NCBI GenBank assembly: GCA_000320545.1
Contig: ADNK01000002.1
Location: 124,001 to 188,000 of the forward strand
Reading direction: 5' to 3'
DNA length: 64,000 nt
Source: Bigelowiella natans CCMP2755
Lineage: Eukaryota; Protista; Cercozoa
In this document: in pieces, positions 12,268 through 24,300 of the stretch
How the letters are laid out: each line of letters opens with the position of its first letter
How positions within the stretch are numbered: the stretch's first letter is position 1
Made by a program: the position numbers and the translations under genes
Notes under the pieces: generated by a model
Told to the model about the DNA's origin: nothing
Databases searched by the model: none
Seen by the model: the letters and a program-made list of their open reading frames with translations, nothing else

Positions 12268-15200
12268 TTACTCTGCAGGTGAACGAATATGGACAAAGTC
12301 ATCGACAACATCATCGCCTTCATCAATATTTTTAATATACTCTTGTGCTTTAGTATCCTCATTTTCTGATGATGAATTAGACATTATTTTTATCGGTGGC
12401 ATCATCTTCTTCTGGTTGCTCTCTAGTGGTGGTGGTGGTGGTGGTGTTCTTCTCGATAACTGTGTCCTCAGGGATGTTATCGTCACCCTCGTTTCCTGAG
12501 TTGAACGACTTAGAACTTTTGTGAGCGACAACCTGTTTTCACGAGAGGGTGGTGGAGGAGAAGGCTCTTTCGGTGGTGGAGGAGTATTATGAGGCATGGT
12601 TTTTGATGGCTGCTTTGGTGAAGATGGCAACCTATAAAGAACAACAAATAATCTTAGCAAAATCATTCTTGTGATTCATTTGGACTGAAAATACATTCCT
12701 TTTTACCTCACATCAGCTTTTGATAATATATGCCAACTGAGAGCCTTGAACCTGGTGATTCATTCGAATAATAATTATAAAAACTATAGTAAAGAAGAAT
12801 TCACAGTTTTTCGAATCGAATTTGTTTAATTGCTTATAAACACAGACAAAAAACAGGTAGAAGAAGAAGATGATGATAATGATGATGATGACAAGTGGGT
12901 AGTAGCAGCAGCTGCATACAAGTAAACAAACCTTCTTTTGTATTTGGGATCAAAATGAATAGCTTTGTCTTCTCCAATCAGACCCACCTTGCTGTATTTT
13001 CTTCCGATATTGACATTTTCGGTATTTATATCTTTATCGTTATCAACCGTCTTCTCGCTGCTACTGCTATTGCTGCTGCATGCAGTAATAGTAAGATGTT
13101 TGTTTGCGGTTACAGAATCATTAGTATTCGTAGTAGCAGTAACAGTAGCAGTAGCAGTAGGAGAAGATGTGTCCTTTTCCTCCTGTTTATGGCGACTAAG
13201 TAGTAACTGGGGCGATGATGATTGAGGAGGACATTGCAGCTGCTGCTTGTGTAGTAAATCCTTTTTATTGCTGGGTGTAATAGATTTTGTCGCATTATTT
13301 CCTTTTTCGACGGATGTGGTGGTCGTAGTATTAGTAGATAGTGTGAGGGCAGGAAAGCGATCTTGCAAGTGTTTTGATCGAAGTCGAATCAATCGAGAAT
13401 CTGGAAATTTACGCGTCCACAATCTGTCGAAGCATGTCTTCATGAATCGTTCTATATCTACTTTATATTTGCTTAAGTCTCGCATTGTGGCAATGACAGC
13501 CTCAAAATCATTACAATTTAGCAGCTGCTTTTCCATGCTTTTCAGGATCGCAAGACTAGCTCTAAAAATTATTATAATTCCTTCAAAAAATAAACAATCC
13601 CAGATGTGTAAAACCACTTCTATAGGCAATGTGGTGGCAAACAAGCACATCAACCAATTTGTGGAAAAAGTTTCCAATCGCATATTAATGGCCTCAAAAT
13701 GTTGATAGAGCCCTGGAAGATACATTCGAAACAAATCTCGCATAACGGCTTGGTCAATAACTATTCCTCCTAGGTTGGATTGATGGTACAGGACTCGTTG
13801 AGAGACTGCTGGATATCCACTTTTTTTATCATCATCCATCGGAATTACGCAACACAAATCTTCAACAATGGTCACAAAGAGCCAGAAGGCGTCCTCCTCT
13901 TCCATGAATAGTAGTAAAATTGCGCAGACAAAATTCATACTCTGACAATAACCCACTGAGGGATTGTGAGAGGCAAAAGCAGTGAGAACTCTTCGAAGCA
14001 TATCTTGAGATTCACCAGCCTCAAAACCCTGATTTTTAGGGAACGTCCTTTCCAAATCCTTTTCTACTTGCTTAAACACGCGCTTCGATCCAGAACTCTG
14101 TGCCTTTTTAACCATCCTGGAATAGTAACCATTCTCCGCTTTACACTTTCTTTCATCAGAACCACTTAGTAAAGGCCATAAGTGGCCTCGTAGCTCGGGA
14201 GGGATGCCACGTCTAACCAGCTTCTTCACTTCAGGGTCTTTTTTGTGATTTTTAAACGTGGTGAAATCAGTATTGTGAGAAAGATATATGGACCATCGTT
14301 TCCGTTGTGCTTCAAGGTAAGTTTCCCATGCGGGATGGGAATGGCAATTTCCCTCTTCTAGAGGAAAGCCGTACACATCGTAATTCTTGTCTCTACTTTC
14401 TGATTCCCCCCCTCCGTCACCTAAAATACTACCGCCACCACTGTTGATACTGCGGCGATTACTATTGAGAGTGTTTGAAGAAGAAGAAGAAGAAGAAGAA
14501 GAAGAAGAGGGAAACTCTCTGTCTTTAGATTCACTTGAAGTTTGGTTTCTGGATCTCATCATCTGAATTCTTCCTCCTCTACTACCTAGATGAGCATCTT
14601 GACGTGAATCACGTGTGTGGACCAACTGCCTTCTATCACAAACATTAAGAGCACTTGTTGTGCCCAGTTTGGACACGCGCAGATGTACGGTATCTCGGAA
14701 ACACACGTCACACACACGTACAGGCTGTCTGGTTCCCATCTCTGGAAGAACAGCTGTTTGACTAGAGCAAGCTGAGCACACTACGAACCCGCAACGTCGG
14801 CAGTGGTGACGACGCAAAGTGACGCTGAAAGGTTTATGACATGTCTCCATCATACAGTGTTTCGTGTGATTGTCTGGAATCCAGGTTGGCTTTACATCCT
14901 TACCAACAGTTACTCCCAATGAAGGATTACACTTTCGAGCTACGCGACAGAACTCCTCCAGCTACATAGAGAATAGAAGGTCAGAACCATATGATGATGA
15001 GAAAATATCATGTATTAAATTTAGTAACTTTAATTATGTTGATATTCAGAAAGCAGTTGATGAGAATTTATATTCAAACATGATTCACAATAGTTTCGGT
15101 TGTCATGGCAGTTGATTAGCCAAGAGTTCATGCAAAACTAACTTTAATTGGGATGATTAATGATGCATGTAATAGATCATAAATCGGGAATAATATAACC

Positions 15201-15783
15201 CTACGAAAGAATCCAAACCTTATCTGTACTGATGAACACGAATTCGCACCAGTATTTAAAACTATCAGCGCTTGAACCATCGGTGTCATTTGCACTGAAT
15301 AAAGTGACTCTCAATCCATCGGACGGAGAGCATTCCAATCGAGCTATAGCTGGGATTGATATTATGGCCTTCACGGCCTTATGCTCGAAACAGTGAATCG
15401 AACGCTGGGGTAAGTCGATGACCAGAGCCTATTATCATTCAAATGGCATTATGTAAGCAGTTCATAGTTGCTTTCTATGTTGCTAGCTCGTCCACGCATA
15501 TGAATCAATCGTTGCAAAATAACACCGTTGACACCACGGACATGCAGTACATGTCCATCTTGCATTGCTGTACCCAATGTGCACATGTAGTTTTTAGGGA
15601 TGATACATTATTCTCTTTCACGAGGTTAAGAAAATTAGCAAAAGAGAGAGGGGGGGGGGGGGGGAGTAACAGGTACCCACCCTTTGTTGCCTTCTAGACA
15701 CAGGTGGAGCGGTGCAGTCAATCATGATGACGTCGAAGCAGACTTTCATCTACAAGGGAAATACCATGTTTATATATATCGAA

Positions 15784-15814
<31 letters not shown>

Positions 15815-15957
15815 AAGAAGAAGAAGAAGAAGAAGAAGAAGAAGAAGAAGAAGATATTTACCTTATTTATGCCCTGTAGGGATAGCTGGGCCCGTCTACT
15901 TCTTTTCGTACTAGCTGTTTCCACCTTCCCTTCTGAACCATCAGCACCTCGGGGCAT
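12268..15957 (-). CDS. FYVE + TBC (Rab-GAP) domain protein, multi-exon, possibly with N-terminal PH-like region
   Basis: WIPD...C..C...RRHHCRRCG..VC..CS...RVC..C (FYVE). LVRRGIPPELRGHLW, QVEKDLERTFP, GYCQSMNF, EEDAFW and IWDCLFFEG (TBC). Upstream exons and start codon are uncertain. Confidence 0.88.
15786..15853. repeat. (GAA)n microsatellite, intronic
   Basis: Perfect trinucleotide run. Many other intronic (TA)n, (CA)n, (CT)n and (ATC)n tracts occur across the window. Confidence 0.95.
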
Positions 15958-16648
15958 ATTTCCTTCAGGCCCTAAAACATCACCGCCATATAAAGCATCA
16001 ATATCATCACCATCAATCGTCTTCAACAATAATAAACACCTCCTGCGCTTGCAGGTCCTCCTTTCTTCTGTGTTACGCTGCTTCAAACATAATTTTAATA
16101 ATAAGCAAAGTCGTTGATGCATCGAGGGGAACGCCTTATAAAACCTTATAATGTAGCTCGAGCTAAAATCTTTGGTACAAGGCTACTTCTTCCTCTTTTT
16201 GCAACTTCCGCAGGCAGAAGTGACTTCTTCCTCCCCACCATACTAGGTCTACTCGGGTGTCAGTCAGTCATTTCTCATCAGTTCACTCCGACTCCTCCTC
16301 TGTTTATTTGTTGAATTGATGTCGCGCATACTGAATGCCCTACGATCTCCTAAAAGTTAGTTCGTCCAGCAAATGTTTGAGCGTCGTACGACACAACCAA
16401 GGAATTCCATCAAGGAATTCATTTCATTTTCGATTTGTTCACATTCTTAAAAAATTCATGCATTTGAATCGAGCCACAGCGGCCTGCTGCAAGAAGGGCG
16501 TGGTCCAGCAAGGGACACGCTCGATCACGGCATGATTGCACACATCGCGAGCTAACAGAGTTATTCACATGAGCTCGCTCGCGCTGTTCGCGCATCGCAT
16601 TTTCAGCCCACTCTATGTTGCGCGTAAGGTGTTCACAGGCCGAGGCGC

Positions 16649-16974
16649 TGTTGCGCGTAAGGTGTTCACAGGCCGAGGCGCTACGTGCACAAGTAGGCAG
16701 GGGGGGGGAAAGGCACGTTTACTTCCTTTTGAAGAGTTGTGTTTATTTTTATTAAAGATTATATTTTTATTAAATCGTGCACTGCGTAATCATTCGCGAA
16801 GCTTTCGCGAATGCCGCCGCACGTGGGGCAGCACACTTCCGGTGTGCTGCCATGAGTCCCGCCGGAACCCACGTGCCTATGCTGTATTAATATCTACGTT
16901 ATCTATATTCTATATCCGCGACAACCCCTTTGTTGTCGCACGTGACTTGTGCCCGCGTAGTGGTACGCGCTACA
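16649..16974 (-). repeat. 3' LTR (326 bp)
   Basis: TG...CA termini with 11-bp imperfect inverted ends (TGTTGCGCGTA / TACGCGCTACA). Polypurine tract GGGGGAGG (minus strand) at 16975-16982. Confidence 0.95.
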
Positions 16975-17025
16975 CCTCCCCCAAGTCACGTTGCTCCTTC
17001 CTTCCTTCCTTATTCCCTTAGACCT

Positions 17026-20000
17026 TCATCGCTTTCGGAACTTCACCAACCACCAGGTAATAGATTCCTCTCTAACCTTATCTCCTTTGTCGCTTACCCA
17101 GAACTCACCTTCGTCCTTAGGTTCGTGTCCATACCAGCCCTCTGCATCAAGGTCCCCCAGGACCTTATACCAGTGCTCAAAGGGTAAGTCGGGAACAGCT
17201 AGGTAGAGTAGCTGATATTTTCCGTCCTTTATTTTCATAGCTACCCTCTCCATATTTCGTAATCCAGGGTAGCCTAGATAGACAATCTTCATGCGCCAAT
17301 CGTCGTTCACCCTGACCTTATTGTTTCCATATTCCACATCGAACTTAGGTCGGGGTCCTAAACAAGGCATTGCTCGCTCCCACACAGTAGGGTTTACTTT
17401 AACATCCTCTAGGAGCTTCTCACCGATATCATAATTCTTTAGGTGACTGATGTGGCGCAAGGTGACCCTGTTCCCATCATAGATGTAGTACTGCTTCCTC
17501 CCCTTCCTCTCGGTAACCTTTGCAACGCCACCCCAGAAGGGGTCTTGTTTATTTCTCGATCTCAGATTTACCTTGGCCCTAACATACTGTCCTTCCTTTA
17601 GAACTCGGCCATCGTACGGGACCTTCTCGTCTTCGCTCTCGGTATCGTCGTCGTTGTCGTCGCCTTCTTCCCTCTCCTTATCCTTGATACCTCCCCCAGA
17701 CGTGAAGGTGTCGTTTACTAACCCTTGTATCTTGTCTGGTGTGGTGCTATTTATCCTGCTTAGGTTGGCCAAGGTGCGGTGGAGTCGCTCTACCTTGGAG
17801 TTGGACTGGGCATAGTATACAGGTGAGGCATCAATATTAGGGTGTGGTAGCTGTAGAAGAGAGGTCTCATTATCCACATGTAACTTCTTTGGTATCTTGT
17901 TTATGCTAACTTCATCAGGGATAGCCTGGAGCTCAGACTCCCAGGTACGGTAGCAGTTAGTAAGCCTCTGCTTATATAAGCCTTTGTTCTTCTTAGCAAC
18001 GTTGACCTTGATAATCTTTTTTAACCCAGCACTTTCCAGTGGCCACATCAACGAAGGTAAGGTAGTGATAGCCATCGTACTTATAAACATCAATTTGCAC
18101 GATATCTAAGAAGTTCCTTGCTTTGATTTTCTTAGATGCACGGCTCTTGCTGGACTCCTTGGTGGCGACGCCTGCCGCCTTCAAGCTGGAGCACCTGCAG
18201 CCACGCAGGTATGTCCTTATCTCTTTTAGCTTGTAGGGCCAGTAGTAATGGTAGAGTAGAGCAGTGATATGGTTTTCTCCTACGTGTGCAGGTCCATGGG
18301 CGGTAAAGAGAAGGGCTCCCCTGGTCCGCCGTGGCACGTAGGTACGCCTAACATTATTAGTGTATACATATATCCTATCACTAAGTACCTCATGCTTGTG
18401 TTTGTATTTATCCAGGTGTTCTTGAAGGTGCTGGAGCTCCTCTGGCTCAGGCAGGAAGTCGCCGTCCTCGAAGGTAATCGCGTTAACCATAGGGGTGACC
18501 TGGGTAGGGACTTTCTTTTCGAACAGCCTGCTGAAATAGTCAGCAAGCTGCTTGTCTCCTGGTGCGTAGACCACTGTCCTCTTGTCCCTAAACTCTTCCG
18601 TGTCCGCCCTCATAGCTGCATACTCATCGTTAGGCGCTTCGAGCTTGCGGTCGATGCCTAGGAGGGGCTTGTGGTCAGTCATTAAGGTGAAGCTGGGCAC
18701 CGACAGCAGGTAGTATCTTAGTTTCCTCTGCGCCTCAGTCATGGCTTTATACTCTCCTTTTGTAGGGCTGTACTTGGCCTCAGCTGCTGTGCAGGCCCTG
18801 CCCCACACCCGTATGATCTGCTGGTCTTGGGTAAGTACAGCAGCCATACCTAGCTTAGACCAGTCTGTCCATAGGGTAGCTGGTCTAGTAGTGTCTAGCT
18901 TAGCATTCAATAGGGTGTTGCTGCATAACTTTATTAGGTTATCGAAGTGGGCATCAAGGCCAGCCTTGGCCCACACCTTAGCGAAGCTGAGGCCTACAGA
19001 GTTCTCCTTCCGGTAAGCAGTAGTAAAAGCAGCTGCAGTCCTAGCGTAGGTAGGGGAGAACCTACGTAGTATCCAAGCTGCAGTCTGCAAGAATGACTTT
19101 AACTCCTTTGCATTCTTAGGTTTAGGGGCTTGCTGTAGTGCTGCTACTTTCTCGGGGTTTGGGGTGATGCGGCCTTGCTCCAGGTAATATCCACACCACT
19201 TGATTCTTGTAGCTAGGAATGTACACTTCTGCAGTCTAATAGTAAAACCGAAGTGTGCAAACCTAATAAATATATTTTCCAGGAGGAAGATCTGAGCGAC
19301 GACTGTGTTGGTACATATTATGTCATCATCCACATACACAAACACAAACACCCACAACACAGACGCCATCCCATCATGTGTGTATGCCCTGTAGTTCTGA
19401 CTACTGAACGCATCCCCTGATATGCTTAGGCCGTAAGGGAATACGACGAAGTGCCACTTCCTGTGCCTGCTGGAGAACGCGGTAATGGGGCGGGAGGTTT
19501 TGTGGATGGGTGTCTGCATGTATGATTCATTTTTATCTAGGGAAGAGTAGTATTTGTATCCTATGACGTGTTCAATAACGTCATCTATCCTTGGTGTAGG
19601 TGTCTGGATCCTCTTTATTACTCGGTTGTGGCGGATGAAGTTGTGCGCCAGGCGGAAGAAAGGGTAAGTAGGTTTCTTAGCTAGCACATGTCTCACGTTC
19701 CATGGTGAGTTGCTTGGCTCTATCTTCCCTTCCTTTGCCCATTCATTGATCTGCCACTCTATCTTTTCCCAGTCCGCTTCCGGTCGCCTATGTTCTGGGT
19801 CATTGATGATGCACTCTTCGTATCCCTTCTTTAGCTCGATCTTTACTGGGGTAAGCTTGCTGGAGGGCTTCGTCGTCGGCTTGGTGATGTCAGAGTACTT
19901 CTCGTTTAATATTTTATTAATGTACTTTTTGCCTTTGTCGATATCCCAATCATCAGCTGGGGGGGTCTTGTCCAGTAGCTCCGTTATCTGTCGGATGGTC

Positions 20001-20980
20001 TTGCCGGGGTTCTTCTTCCGTAGCTCGGTAGGTGTAGGTAGCTTGTTGGATTCCTTTATCTTTAACTTGAACTCTTCAAACCTTGCCTGATCATCACCTG
20101 TGTTGTAATTAAAATCATGTAGTTCGTCGATCATATCCTGGAAGCGCGTGGCAAAGTCTCTAACAGGTTCTCTCTCATGCTGCATCATTGCTCTGTATTT
20201 TCTAATAGCCTGGGGTAGGGAGTTAGCATCCTGTTCATTTACAAAAGCCTTCATTATCGCCTCAACGTCTCGTAGCCCACTAACTGTAGTGTGTATTTTC
20301 TCTAGCTGCCTGATCCGGGTCCTGCCTGTCTCGTAAAGGTCCATGGCTTGCTTTATTATAGCTAGCCATTTGAGCTTGTCGTTTTCGGTGGGGTTAGGGG
20401 TAAAGTCGCAGAGTATACTCCTAGCGTTCTTCCACCACCTCCTTGCCTCACCTCTTTTCCCGTTGTATTTCGTTATCATAACCGGTGCTGTTTTAACAGA
20501 CATGAACTGGGTGTTCCGCTGTACCGGCTGCTGCTGCTTGACGGTGCTCTGGGTCGTCCCCCGCGAGGCGCCCAGACCCCCGTCGTTCCTAAACAAAGCT
20601 GCCCACTCTGGAGGTAAGTCTGCTTCGTAATCCATGATGTCCTGCATGATAGCTGCCCAAACATCATGTGTCTGATACTTGTATTCTATCGATACTTTCA
20701 GTTTGGCGTAGTTGCTCGCCCTGGGTCGCAAGGCTCGTAATGCCATTACGACCTTCTTGCTTTCGGCGGCCACGTCCTCGTCGTCCGCCTCGTAGAAGTT
20801 CTCCAGTGCCTCTGCTGCTGCATCTGCTTTCTTAATCCCGGGTGCTGGTCCCGGCGGTGCCTGTGGAGGTGTTCCTCCTCCTTCCTTAGCGTCCGTATCG
20901 CCCTTCCTTTCCTGTTTCTGCTCGTGCCCTTGCACGGCCTGCGAGCCAAAGTCCTGCTGTTCTTCTAGCTGCTGTGACAT
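17026..20980 (-). pseudogene. Gag-Pol, copy 1: in-frame deletion of nucleocapsid + protease, and +1 frameshift in integrase
   Basis: Reads KIKES/NKLPTP where copy 2 has 340 additional residues. T6 run at 18017-18022 versus T5 in copy 2. RT YVDD, RNase H TDWS/TDHKPL/ADYFSR and IN HHCC + DDE are present. Confidence 0.9.
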
Positions 20981-21019
20981 TGTTAGTCAAATCGTTTCCC
21001 GTGTGTGGAAGCCAAAGGT

Positions 21020-21345
21020 TGTTGCGCGTAAGGTGTTCACAGGCCGAGGCGCTACGTGCACAAGTAGGCAGGGGGGGGGAAAGGCACGTTTACTTCCTTT
21101 TGAAGAGTTGTGTTTATTTTTATTAAAGATTATATTTTTATTAAATCGTGCACTGCGTAATCATTCGCGAAGCTTTCGCGAATGCCGCCGCACGTGGGGC
21201 AGCACACTTCCGGTGTGCTGCCATGAGTCCCGCCGGAACCCACGTGCCTATGCTGTATTAATATCTACGTTATCTATATTCTATATCCGCGACAACCCCT
21301 TTGTTGTCGCACGTGACTTGTGCCCGCGTAGTGGTACGCGCTACA
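21020..21345 (-). repeat. Shared central LTR (326 bp)
   Basis: Same sequence as the flanking LTRs. PBS on one side (20997-21014) and PPT on the other (21346-21353). Confidence 0.95.
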
Positions 21346-21396
21346 CCTCCCCCAAGTCACGTTGCTCCTTCCTTCCTTCCTTATTCCCTTAGACCT

Positions 21397-24300
21397 TCAT
21401 CGCTTTCGGAACTTCACCAACCACCAGGTAATAGATTCCTCTCTAACCTTATCTCCTTTGTCGCTTACCCAGAACTCACCTTCGTCCTTAGGTTCGTGTC
21501 CATACCAGCCCTCTGCATCAAGGTCCCCCAGGACCTTATACCAGTGCTCAAAGGGTAAGTCGGGAACAGCTAGGTAGAGTAGCTGATATTTTCCGTCCTT
21601 TATTTTCATAGCTACCCTCTCCATATTTCGTAATCCAGGGTAGCCTAGATAGACAATCTTCATGCGCCAATCGTCGTTCACCCTGACCTTATTGTTTCCA
21701 TATTCCACATCGAACTTAGGTCGGGGTCCTAAACAAGGCATTGCTCGCTCCCACACAGTAGGGTTTACTTTAACATCCTCTAGGAGCTTCTCACCGATAT
21801 CATAATTCTTTAGGTGACTGATGTGGCGCAAGGTGACCCTGTTCCCATCATAGATGTAGTACTGCTTCCTCCCCTTCCTCTCGGTAACCTTTGCAACGCC
21901 ACCCCAGAAGGGGTCTTGTTTATTTCTCGATCTCAGATTTACCTTGGCCCTAACATACTGTCCTTCCTTTAGAACTCGGCCATCGTACGGGACCTTCTCG
22001 TCTTCGCTCTCGGTATCGTCGTCGTTGTCGTCGCCTTCTTCCCTCTCCTTATCCTTGATACCTCCCCCAGACGTGAAGGTGTCGTTTACTAACCCTTGTA
22101 TCTTGTCTGGTGTGGTGCTATTTATCCTGCTTAGGTTGGCCAAGGTGCGGTGGAGTCGCTCTACCTTGGAGTTGGACTGGGCATAGTATACAGGTGAGGC
22201 ATCAATATTAGGGTGTGGTAGCTGTAGAAGAGAGGTCTCATTATCCACATGTAACTTCTTTGGTATCCTGTTTATGCTAACTTCATCAGGGATAGCCTGG
22301 AGCTCAGACTCCCAGGTACGGTAGCAGTTAGTAAGCCTCTGCTTATATAAGCCTTTGTTCTTCTTAGCAACGTTGACCTTGATAATCTTTTTAACCCAGC
22401 ACTTTCCAGTGGCCACATCAACGAAGGTAAGGTAGTGATAGCCATCGTACTTATAAACATCAATTTGCACGATATCTAAGAAGTTCCTTGCTTTGATTTT
22501 CTTAGATGCACGGCTCTGCTGGACTCCTTGGTGGCGACGCCTGCCGCCTTCAAGCTGGAGCACCTGCAGCCACGCAGGTATGTCCTTATCTCTTTTAGCT
22601 TGTAGGGCCAGTAGTAATGGTAGAGTAGAGCAGTGATATGGTTTTCTCCTACGTGTGCAGGTCCATGGGCGGTAAAGAGAAGGGCTCCCCTGGTCCGCCG
22701 TGGCACGTAGGTACGCCTAACATTATTAGTGTATACATATATCCTATCACTAAGTACCTCATGCTTGTGTTTGTATTTATCCAGGTGTTCTTGAAGGTGC
22801 TGGAGCTCCTCTGGCTCAGGCAGGAAGTCGCCGTCCTCGAAGGTAATCGCGTTAACCATAGGGGTGACCTGGGTAGGGACTTTCTTTTCGAACAGCCTGC
22901 TGAAATAGTCAGCAAGCTGCTTGTCTCCTGGTGCGTAGACCACTGTCCTCTTGTCCCTAAACTCTTCCGTGTCCGCCCTCATAGCTGCATACTCATCGTT
23001 AGGCGCTTCGAGCTTGCGGTCGATGCCTAGGAGGGGCTTGTGGTCAGTCATTAAGGTGAAGCTGGGCACCGACAGCAGGTAGTGTCTTAGTTTCCTCTGC
23101 GCCTCAGTCATGGCTTTATACTCTCCTTTTGTAGGGCTGTACTTGGCCTCAGCTGCTGTGCAGGCCCTGCCCCACACCCGTATGATCTGCTGGTCTTGGG
23201 TAAGTACAGCGGCCATACCTAGCTTAGACCAGTCTGTCCATAGGGTAGCTGGTCTAGTAGTGTCTAGCTTAGCATTCAATAGGGTGTTGCTGCATAACTT
23301 TATTAGGTTATCGAAGTGGGCATCAAGGCCAGCCTTGGCCCACACCTTAGCGAAGCTGAGGCCTACAGAGTTCTCCTTCCGGTAAGCAGTAGTAAAAGCA
23401 GCTGCAGTCCTAGCGTAGGTAGGGGAGAACCTACGTAGTATCCAAGCTGCAGTCTGCAAGAATGACTTTAACTCCTTTGCATTCTTAGGTTTAGGGGCTT
23501 GCTGTAGTGCTGCTACTTTCTCGGGGTTTGGGGTGATGCGGCCTTGCTCCAGGTAATATCCACACCACTTGATTCTTGTAGCTAGGAATGTACACTTCTG
23601 CAGTCTAATAGTAAAACCGAAGTGTGCAAACCTAATAAATATATTTTCCAGGAGGAAGATCTGAGCGACGACTGTGTTGGTACATATTATGTCATCATCC
23701 ACATACACAAACACAAACACCCACAACACAGACGCCATCCCATCATGTGTGTATGCCCTGTAGTTCTGACTACTGAACGCATCCCCTGATATGCTTAGGC
23801 CGTAAGGGAATACGACGAAGTGCCACTTCCTGTGCCTGCTGGAGAACGCGGTAATGGGGCGGGAGGTTTTGTGGATGGGTGTCTGCATGTATGATTCATT
23901 TTTATCTAGGGAAGAGTAGTATTTGTATCCTATGACGTGTTCAATAACGTCATCTATCCTTGGTGTAGGTGTCTGGATCCTCTTTATTACTCGGTTGTGG
24001 CGGATGAAGTTGTGCGCCAGGCGGAAGAAAGGGTAAGTAGGTTTCTTAGCTAGCACATGTCTCACGTTCCATGGTGAGTTGCTTGGCTCTATCTTCCCTT
24101 CCTTTGCCCATTCATTGATCTGCCACTCTATCTTTTCCCAGTCCGCTTCCGGTCGCCTATGTTCTGGGTCATTGATGATGCACTCTTCGTATCCCTTCTT
24201 TAGCTCGATCTTTACTGGGGTAAGCTTGCTGGAGGGCTTCGTCGTCGGCTTGGTGATGTCAGAGTACTTCTCGTTTAATATTTTATTAATGTACTTTTTG

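Noticed and set aside
16616-16660. Nested insertion of one element into another's LTR
   Set aside because: The remainder of the interrupted LTR and a second TSD are not found after any LTR end.
17993-22563. Programmed ribosomal frameshift between RNase H and integrase
   Set aside because: The break is at a different position in each copy and each is a 1-bp indel relative to the other.
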